From contig NC_068991.1 of NCBI RefSeq assembly GCF_001194135.2, positions 26,134,710 through 26,198,709 on the forward strand: a stretch of DNA of 64,000 nt, read 5' to 3'. The position numbers were made by a program, and so were the translations under genes. The stretch comes from Octopus bimaculoides (Eukaryota). The notes beneath the pieces are model-generated. The model made no database searches, had not been told where the DNA came from, and saw only the letters and a list, made by a program, of their open reading frames with translations. Positions 54,023 to 64,000 of this stretch are shown here, in pieces. The number at the start of each line of letters is the position of its first letter. Position 1 is the first letter of the stretch.

Positions 54023-54429
54023 TGCTGCTGTCATATTTCTTCCTCAATTTCTCTTTTATTCTTTAACACACATGGTACAGAATATGGAATAGGTAAATTT
54101 ATCACATTACGTATTCAGAATTATTGACCCAGACAATGTGTTTCAAAGTGTTGAAAAGTATGTATGTATGTGTGTATGTATGTATATATGTCATTGTTTA
54201 GTTTTATTTCAAAATTTCCTACCATTCGAGAAAGAACCAGTTTCTAACTTATATCCAAGGCTCCTTCATTGCAATTTCTACATCAACAACAGGGTATTTT
54301 TGCTTGTATGTAAGTATGTATTTGTGCAAATTTGTATGTTTTGCTTTATATATTCTCATGCATATAGTTGCAAATGTAGAATTCTCATATGCATATTTAA
54401 ATGATAAACTTCTGGGAAGTCTTTAAGAT

Positions 54430-56830
54430 TTTCACAGTTCTAGTGATGTAGTCTTCGAATTAGCTTTCACCGTCTCATTTGTTTATTAAGTATTTAGTAA
54501 CATTCTTCTGTTCTTGGATTGCAAATGCACAACCTTCGAAGTTTGATGCGATCTATCGGTCACGAATACATGTGAGGTTTCGCGTCATATTACCCTCTTC
54601 TTCAAGTCTTCAGGAATCATATCCATGCATATTCTTTTTTGCTATACTGAGAGTTTCACATCCGCGTCTACTTTGCAATATCTTAATCCGACTGATTTGG
54701 GGTTGTATGCGAGGTCATCAATAAGAGTGTGCATATTGAGGAGCTTCTTCTGACAAGTTTTCACTTTTTAGCATTAAGTTAATATATTTATTTTTGCTGC
54801 AGTTGTGTAGCAAGTGCTATCTGAAAGAGACTATACGATATTTGAGGGATATCTGCACTGATCTCAAACCTTTACCTCCTTTATCTCTTCTTATTTAGAG
54901 CCCCTCGATATTACCATTCTGTGGAGATTTCTAGTTGGTGTCAGTATCTTGCTTGTTTTAACATCTATTGAGTAAATTTCTTCTACAGACCAGTCAAGTA
55001 TACCAAATATTGGAATCAGCACTGGTACAGTAAATGTACTGTGGGATAATGTCTTGTAAGAGAAGAGTTCTGAGTCAAACTTACCTAAGTCTGGTATAAT
55101 ATTCTCTGGTCCCTCTATCTTTATTAGAGTACATTCGTATATGTGGTTTCCACAATGCGTAGGTACTTATAGCTTTCTTTATCTGGGACAGGAGAGATAG
55201 TAAGGCCGTTGATATACAGGCTTTGTGTCTGTGTGACTGGTTTTATCCTTTCAACAATCAAATATGAATTTTTCTTTTGGCTAAATTCAATTCCGATCTC
55301 AGCTAATATTGTTGGTATTAATTCCAGTGGGTTTTTTTTTTGGTATTGTTAACTCTTTTACCATAAATCTTGAGGCCATCCACGAAGAAATTATGGGTTA
55401 CACCAATATCTCTAATATTTGCATACCTTATCATGTAACCAGTTGATCTTTATAGCAGGAATGACAATCGATTTAATGCCAAAATGAAGAAAATTACAGA
55501 AAAGAACTATCTGCTTGGAATATTCCTTTTGAGATATTTATAACATTAGATTCGATAGTTCCGCTCTCAGTTCTGAGTGAAAGAACTGTTGCCCATGCCT
55601 TTGTGAACCTCTCAATGGTAACAATTCAGATAGCAGGCACTTTTTCCAAATGGAAATACTTCAGCAGCCCCGAATGATAAATAAAGGTCAAATGGCTTCC
55701 TATAATCAAGCTACACTCTTGTAAAGTTCACATGATGTTTTCTTACTTCCCTTCAGACAGTACAGCTCTGTTTATCAAAGTTTGTTCAGCACATCCCAAG
55801 ACTCCCTTCTTTACACCTGCCTGCTCATCAGTCGCTATGTTGTTGAACTCATAATGATGCAGGGGGAATTGTTTGAGGCGATATATTTTTTTTAGCCAAC
55901 ACGGTAATTTCATTCTCGGCTACAAGATTTGCCTGTGGTATAGTAAGCCAATCTGGTGTGTGTGATGTTGATGTTGTTACACTATTCTCTTCTTATTTGC
56001 ATATAGTCACGAGGCATTACAATTGAGATCCCTCTTTTCGTTCCACAATTTTCAATCAAAATGATTCAAAATCTTCTTGAGATGGGGCTTTCTTAACGGT
56101 AATATTTTCCTCTCTCACTTCTCTGCATAATGTCTGTAGGTTAGAAGCATTCTTGTGATTTACATAGGCTAGTTCAAAAATTTTCGTTCAGCTTCCTGCG
56201 TGCGTGTTTTAGTGTAATTAATCTTCCCTCACGAGCTTGGTGTCAAGACTCACATAAAGTTTTGTTAATTTATTCATAAGATGTAACTGGTGAGGTGTAA
56301 ATTAATTATTCCTCTTACGTTTTATTATCGTGGTTAGCCATCCAAAATAGCAGCTCAGATTGTTGATATTTTCTTCAAGTTATGTTTTTCATCTAGATTG
56401 CTTCCGTTTAGTAGTTTCATTACCATATGTACTACATATTTCAAGAAGGTGTTCTTTAAGAGTGATAGTAGTAATGAACACTACATGATTCTATTCCACT
56501 AACGAACACCACACAATTCTATGTGCACTGCAGCGATATCATCGGCAATTTTCAGTATTACATCTATCAGATTTTTTGAATATCTTGTCTATAAGGGCCT
56601 ATTGCTTAATGATAGTTTGGTAAAAGTAAGAAAGGTTTCTACAAACAGTAATTTTAGTTTGTTTCTGAGGTGAATATGCTACACAGTTCTCTGTGTTGAT
56701 TCAACTGCATTTGGAGAGACACGAAAATTAACTGATGGTAGCAGTAGTTTATTTACATTATTTTCGACCTCTTTGCTGGCAGGTTTTAGCCAGTTCTGAG
56801 TGTTTTGAGAAGATCAATCTTTATCGCGAG
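54430..56830 (-). mobile_element. Third large R4/Dong-clade LINE, strongly degenerate, RLE domain absent
   Basis: TPDWLT, DEQAGVKKGVLGCAEQTLIN, THNFFVDGLKIY, IRRDKGGKGL, KNMHGY, FAIQEQ. Confidence 0.8.
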
Positions 56831-57049
56831 AGCAAGCCATTTTGCTTTAAAAAAAAAAAGATGCTTACTGATGAGGTTTTTTTGCAGTAAAATGACTTAA
56901 GTTGGGGTGAAATTCGTCCCCATAATTTTTTCACTAATTCATATATCCGATAGAAGGCTTCTTCATAGCATCCAACTAAATCTTAGTTTAGATGTAGAGT
57001 TAAAGTAAAATAAGGGGCATGCTTACATCTTCTCAAATAACTTACTGGT

Positions 57050-57170
57050 GACATAGTAAAATTGTTGGTATTAATTCCAGCTGTCTTTTTTTTATGGTAT
57101 TGTTAACTTTTGTAGCATAAATCTTGAGGTCATCCACGAAGAAATTATTGGTTACATCAATATCTCTAAT
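57050..57170 (-). mobile_element. Second copy of the Dong RT catalytic segment
   Basis: Direct repeat of ~55305-55430, reading NNFFVDDLKIY. Confidence 0.85.
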
Positions 57171-60100
57171 AGTTGCATACCATATCGTCGGTGGTGTTCT
57201 TATTAATTTCACCCATGATCACGTTAGCAAAATTCCACGTGGTATGAAATATATTCTTTTAAAATCCAGCCTGAATAACGCTACGTTGGTTAATTAAAGA
57301 CGTATTTCTTATTAATAACGGGAGGAATAAACCAATTAGTGATTTAGGCTGGTAGAGTCGACATAAACGTAGACGAATAGGTTCAAAAATAAATTTTAAA
57401 AGGTTCTTTACGCATGCACCGCTGATGTTGAAGGCACCATCTTGTATGCATTTATGTATGTATTTATATATGCATGCACGTATTATGTATGCACGTATTT
57501 ATGCATGTATGCATGTACATATATGTACAAATCTATATATATATAGATAGATAGATACGCAATTATGCGTGCATTTATATGCATATGTGCATGTGTATGT
57601 ATGTCTATCTGTAGACATGATTGCATGCATGCATATACATGTTTGACAGCAAATTTTATGTTTATGAATTATATTTTGCGAATCGTAAAATTACGTGAAT
57701 AATTGTATATACAACTGAAATGTTTTTCATGAGAAGAAATTATCATAAATACTTTTTTTAGTATCGTCTAGAATATTTATACAACTACAATCAAAATCAT
57801 ATTGCCATAATATTTGGATTTTCAGAAATTTTTCCATTGAACAGGAGATAGCGTTCTGTAGGACATTGATGGATAAACGATTATTACCCACTTCCATAGC
57901 CTCAGTCAAATGTAATGAGCATTAAACTTCACTTAACGAAAGAAAATGTTCAACAAGTATTACAACATTTAGCAATTACATGATTAATAAATGCAATTTT
58001 GGTCTTTGAATGCATTGACAAAATTTATTTGCAATGTAAATGAAATAAAATATTTCAGTGAGTCACCAGGATAAGAATCGATAACTGTCTTCAGGGAAAA
58101 TGTATGTGGGTGTTTTTCATATTATACAATGATAAGAACGTAGGTCAAATAAAATTACTATGCTGCAGATATATACCAAAGAGTAATATTAATCTTTACA
58201 CTCATTCAAGTATAAATATATGGAGCTGATCCAATAACCAATAATCTTTAAGGCGCGGCAATGGAAATTACAATTATACCCTTGGAGAATGTTTAATAAA
58301 TTAGTCTAGGGATGTTTTGGGGAAAAAACACAGGACCCAGGATATGGTAATTTCCACTTCTCAGCTGATTACTTATTGTGAACGAAATAAAATACTGATT
58401 TATTTACAATTGGGATAAGGTCAATCTCGTGGTAATGGAATTAAATTCCGAGAATTATATTACCGATTGTAGAAGATAAAGGACACAAAACCTGCTACTG
58501 AAAAATTGAAGTAGCTTCTTCAAAACTAAAATAGATTCTTGAAGAAAATAAAGACATTTAGTGAAAAGATCTTCGTACAATGTCTCTAAACGTTAGGGCA
58601 ATTAGTCTCTTATATTCGTAATAGAAAAATAGTATTGCAAATACCAACTGAAACAGCTTTACGATTGAATATTTTGCGATTAAATTATGCTGTTGTTGTC
58701 GTCGCTGTTTACAATTGTAGATGCGTAATCTCAGACGGACACTTATTGAGTATGCTGATTGAATATATTCTAGCATTGATAATTTCATGTTTCATCTGAC
58801 AATCTATCTCGAAACTCGTTGTGTTCTGCATGTTAGTGGGCAACAACTGCAAGATAATAGCCTGATGGGGCCTAGGCTCCAGTTGCAAATAGGCCGAATG
58901 ATCACACAGTGCCTTCGTCATTTCCCTGCAGTGTATTCCACTCTGCTTGAGAAATAAAAATATATGACGTATTGATGGATTAAAATATCTCCCCTTTGGT
59001 AAATGTCAGTTTGTAAACATAAACTGATTCAACCAGCCTTTAACTCAAATGCACTTTCTTTAATATTTGTATAGTTTTATTAGTTGAAAATATATAAAAG
59101 CTAGCCTTGACAGTTTTGATAGTTGTAGCAATCGAAGTAGTTATTTCGTAACCTTAATTCACATTAACGTAGATGGAAGTATGTACCAAGTACATAGTTT
59201 ACGTTTTGTAACCGAAAAATATAAGAAATACGTTTTATATCTCATCGCAGATACAATGATCTATAATAATTTTTTATACTTCTGTATCTGTACTTGAACC
59301 AACACTGTAACGCCTTTATTGTTATTGCCATGAAATTACTCTAATAAGACCTCTGGTCTCCTATGAGATTTTAGGAACAACCTTACCTCTATATGTGTTA
59401 TTCGTGTGTAATTGTATTTAAAAAGCTGTACCGTTTATTCAAAGCAGCAGTAGCTTTAATTGTTAAATCAGTGAAATTGTGAGAAAATTGCCATAGGTAA
59501 ACTCATTATAGAATTACATGGCATCATATTATCACATTACTCAAAATTCCATGTGTGTGTATACGTATGAACAGAAATCTCAGATAGTCAAGATTACTTA
59601 ATTGATTGCACACAACAAGGAGATATTATCAATCGTTGTAAGCAGTGGATGTCCTTCATAACTGAAAGGTTTCGAACCTTTTACTCACTCGGAATTGTTT
59701 GCATTTGGAGTCCTTCAGTAGTGTTATATAGCCTATCCAAAACAACATCAGTTACATAAAACATTAAGTGCTGGTGAAAACACTTCAAAACTATGTAATT
59801 GGTAAGCCTCAGCCATTTTTGTCATGGCAGATCGTTCAAAAGGCCTACAAACTGACGATGTTGCAGAAAGAAACACTGTGCTAAATTTGCAATTATAGAT
59901 AACCTTTGGAAAACACGATCTGTTACCCAAAACACTTCTGTTTCACAGTTATACCTGAAGAACGATAACACTCATTGTTATACAACAAGCAATATAATGT
60001 TTTTTGCGTGAATATACAACAGGCAAATGCAAAAGACACAACCTTCTTTCACTCATCACATCTGATAGTAATCGACATAGACGTATAAAAGTTATAATAG

Positions 60101-60338
60101 AAAGAAAAATGCATATATTTCTGTTAAACTTGAAGCAGCCTTATAACAACTTTATAATCCAATCTTAGAATATTTCTAATTTTTTACGCTGTTTCTTGAC
60201 TTGCTAGAAATAGCATTTATATCTGTACCAACCATCTTCTCACAGAATGGTGAGGTGTGTAAACGTTCATTATTAAACGTTCATTATTAAAAGTTATTAA
60301 AAATACCACAATGGTTAATTTACATTAAAATTAAAATA

Positions 60339-60700
60339 AGGGTGTTGAATGATTACAACGCAAGTCTGGTAGAAATTTAGACCCCAAACGGTCTATGAAC
60401 CATTTAGATTATTACTCCACTGCACAAGGTTGTAACCGAGGAAAATAGACAGCGAGAATTTATAAGATAATTTGCATAGTCCCAAATCTATAGATTTCAC
60501 GGTATGAGTTATTAAAAAGGGGTTTTAATAATTCATACCGTGAAATCTATAGATTTCGGACTATCCAAATTATTTTATAAATACTCGCTGTCTGTTTTCC
60601 TCGCTTACAACCGTGTGCAGTGGAGTAAATAATCTAAGTGGTTTATAGACCGTTTGGGGTTTATTTCTAGCAGGCAGGTGTTGTAATCATTCAACACCCT
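60339..60700. mobile_element. Fully palindromic foldback MITE flanked by TA
   Basis: TA|AGGGTGTTGAATGATTACAAC ... GTTGTAATCATTCAACACCCT|TA. The arms pair up to a ~5-nt loop at ~60520. Confidence 0.93.
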
Positions 60701-60744
60701 TATTATAATTTATATATATATATATATAATTTTTACATTATGCC

Positions 60745-62350
60745 GATTTTATCCGGAGTCTGAGGCCGCGCTAGGACATTGTCTTTCAGTGTGATTGAGT
60801 CTCCTTTCTGTATTGTTTCTGGAGAAGTAGCGAGTTGGCTAGACCAGCTCTTCTGTGTGCCGCCTGGTACGATATGAATTTATCTGGTATTTGAGATAAA
60901 GAGTGCGTTCGGACTCTTTTGACAACAGCCATATCTACACCTCACAAATACCTGAAGTAGTTTGGCAGAATGTTGAACACTTGTAGACGCTTGTACCATA
61001 AGCAATACGGTACTGGGTTCTTACTCTACACGTATAAAACATGTCCATTGGTACTCTGCAGTGCCATCCATTTCGGTGGTTAATACAACTTCCTATCCCA
61101 TTATTGGAAGCTAAACCTTCCAGGAACTTCTATGTATATATCACCGCATTTCTTTCGCGTCTCTTTTCAAGTGATTAGAAATTCAGTTCCATTAGCCTCT
61201 CCCTGTAGCTAATCCGCAGCATCGAATAAAACTTCGTGGATGGGTGATGACTTGCCTCGTGCTCCGCTGCCTGTTCGAGGCTCTGCGGTGACCACAGTTA
61301 GGAGCAATAATCCAGACAACTGAAATGAAAGTTCATAGGAATAGCAAGGTCTCCTTTTAACTGTTTCTGAAAGATCTAAGAACCCGGTCAGCCACTCGTA
61401 CGCACAGTATTGGTATTTCGGTAATATGCACATGGGACCTGGTCATGATACTGTAGTAGATGTGTTTGGCAACTCATCCCTAAGCGGAAGGTATGTTACG
61501 TGTTTATGAGTAAGTTATCTTCTTCCAGGAATGTGATCAACCTTCTTTTGACAATACCTTCGATGACCTTGCTAACATATTAGATCAGAGTAATAGACCT
61601 TCAATTTTTAGCGTCTAATCTGCTTCCTCGTTAGTGGACAGGGCATATTATAACTTCTTTTAATATTTTGGCACGGTTACCACATGCAATGGAACTGAAA
61701 AATTCTTTCCAGTTGATTAGCGAGACATTTCTTGCAATTCTTTAAAAGAAGAGACGGAAATCCATTTGGGCCTGTTGCCGATATTCGCTTTATCACATCA
61801 GTGGCTAATATTACGTTTTCGCCCTTTATGTCCCTGTAATTGAGGGCTACCTCTTTCCTATGTAAATTTTCGGCGTTGAAGAACTTAGCAGATTTTCTTA
61901 ATTGCATATTTCCCAGCAGAGAACTGAAAAAACTTTGGAACTGTTTATTTAGTATTTCTCTTATCCTCCTAGGGACTGCAGTCATTGAATCGTCTTCTTC
62001 AAACAATAGCCCAATCTTGTAGGACCCCGAAACAAATTCTTAAACTAACCTACAGAAGGTTTTACGATTTATTGTTATATGTTTCACCGCCCTTCCTTCT
62101 CGTTCTCTTTCTTTTTCATGGGAGAGTATTAGTTTATTTTCGATCTCTAAGAGGACCTCTTTGATGTGGGATCTGTAGCCGCCAATAAGTTGCTTATATA
62201 AGCGATTCATGATTTTTATTCTCCGTCTTATATAGACTCTCCTGTCTCCAGGAACGATGTTTTGTATGCATTTGCTCTCTTTTCTGAGGAAGATTTAACG
62301 CCTATATCTCGTATTCTAGTGAGGAATTCTTTGAGCATTAAGCTTGCATA
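60745..62350 (-). mobile_element. CR1-like LINE with internal deletion of the RT core
   Basis: LNKQFQSFFS, SATGPNGFPSLLLKNC, ITFLEEDNLL...SCQTHLLQYHD, then a jump to the post-RT region and VFNILP. Confidence 0.8.
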
Positions 62351-62813
62351 GCACATAGAATTTTATCAATGTAGAATTACTTAAATATGAAAGTTAACTT
62401 TCAAATAATATTTGTAAGACTGCTATTATGAAAACTGATTTTCAATATTGAATTCCTGTTATCATATTTTTATTGATATACTTTCCTTTCTTTTGTCTTT
62501 GCTTTATGGAGGAAATTGTTATAAAGTTATTTCATATCTCTGTTTTATATTTCTACCAATTCAACATGTTTTATACAAACAGCATTGAGATATAACACCG
62601 TAAAGAAGACAACCATTATTATCAAGAAAATATAATTTCAAAAAAAAATTTCTTTAACATGTTCTAGTAATTGAACTGCATTATTTCTTTTTTCACACAA
62701 CTTTCAAGGGTGCAAAATGATCGTATCAAATATATTACACTTTTCAATACGATACATTTTTTTATATTAAACTCCATCTACCGAGAGAAATTTCTATACT
62801 AGTAAATATAGAC

Positions 62814-62844
<31 letters not shown>

Positions 62845-63084
62845 TGACATGCATCAACATATGTGCGTATGTGGGTGTATATATATATATATAAATATGT
62901 AATTGAGACGAGAGTTTATTCACCGTACCCTGTATATACATACATACATACATACCGACATACATATATATATATATATNNNNNNNNNNNNNNNNNNNNN
63001 NNNNNNNNNNNNNNNNNNNNNNNNNNNNNNNNNNNNNNNNNNNNNNNNNNNNNNNNNNNNNNNNNNNNNNNNNNNNNNNTTGAA

Positions 63085-63835
63085 ATACTAGAGTAAATTT
63101 ATTCAATAAAATCGCTTCAACCATGGCCTCCAGATGACTTCAGAATATCCCTGCAACTCTGTGGACGGTCTCCTTGTTTCAGTTGGTGAATGTAGCCATA
63201 ATCTTGGCATTCAGTTCATGTTTGGTGTAAAAAGGAGTTTTGTTGGTCGCTCTCTCGCTTAACTGCGCCTCACACATAATAATCCAGGGGGTTTAGTCTG
63301 GGAGGTTAGGTGCCCAGATGTTAGGGGTAATGTGGTCACAGAAATTGCCTGACAGCCGCGATTGGGTTCTCCTACTCGTGTGACATAGTGCAGAATAGTG
63401 TTGCCAGACAAAGCGTTTTCCAGCAGGCAACCTCTTGACTCAGAGGAGCACTACCTCCTCCAGGCACTTGATATAGGATTCCGTGTTGAGTCTGAGGCCA
63501 TATGAGATGAAAGGAGGCATAGCGTCGCCATCACTAATGATCACTACAAACACCATTGATTTTGATTGGATGTTCGAGTTTTATCACTCTCGGTACATGT
63601 CCTCAGATTGCACTCTCATCAGATTGACACCATAACACTCTGAAATGTTCCTATTGGAACCGCCGGCGCAAATGACAGGCAATGCAGCATGTCGTTTCCA
63701 AATTTCTAGCAGTGTGAAATGCGCAATGATGCTGTTTTTCTCACAGACAGTGCCCAACTGACCCTACTATGCCGTGTAGTAGATAAAATCAAAAGCAAAC
63801 AATGCGCATGCACAAAATTAAAATATAAGATGGCG
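63085..63835 (-). mobile_element. Mariner-like element of maT/DD37D type, internally deleted
   Basis: SDGDAMPPFI...LRLNTESYIKCLEEVV, VWQHYSALCHTSRRTQ, IWAPNLPD*.PLDYYV. The N-terminal HTH part joins directly to the catalytic part. Confidence 0.8.
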
Positions 63836-63838
63836 ACC

Positions 63839-63884
<46 letters not shown>

Positions 63885-64000
63885 AGGTGCATCTGTTATA
63901 AATATGTCTTTCCCTAAAAGGAAATATAAATGACAGTGAGCCCGCAGCTTGAAATAGCTTGGGACTGACCATCCGATAACAAATTTATTCATATTCTGCT

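Noticed and set aside
57770-59940. Short open frames with possible donors (NFSIEQEIAFCRTLMDK..., HKTLSAGENTSKLCNW|GTAAGC)
   Set aside because: No recognisable homology and conflicting strands and frames. RNA-seq would be needed.
62905-62936. Mariner-like TIR ending CCCTGTA as the end of the 63-kb maT element
   Set aside because: Its orientation does not fit the minus-strand element and no partner TIR is visible.

Overview
AT-rich eukaryotic DNA, not prokaryotic. The SINE families, the dense (TA)n/(CA)n/(TAA)n/(TAGA)n microsatellites and the N-gaps at microsatellite edges suggest an octopus (coleoid cephalopod) draft assembly, probably Octopus bimaculoides. This is an inference from remembered repeat families, not a database hit. 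The window is mostly decayed mobile DNA: about 8 tRNA-derived SINE copies, four R4/Dong-clade LINE pieces, two RTE-clade LINEs, two or three CR1-like LINEs, an ORF1+endonuclease LINE remnant, three Penelope-like elements, four Tc1/mariner elements (two with both TIRs), a pogo/Tigger remnant, a tentative Academ-like transposase remnant and two foldback MITEs. No transposon ORF is intact and no host gene could be recognised. A few splice-site-flanked candidate exons lie at 44.3-45.6 kb on the minus strand. Long ORFs made of X or poly-I/L/HT are gap or microsatellite artefacts. I found no clearly new biological system. The best leads are the Academ-like remnant, several long hairpins, an expanded Penelope linker, a SINE/LINE shared 3' tail and the candidate spliced gene. 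All coordinates and translations were read by eye and are approximate.
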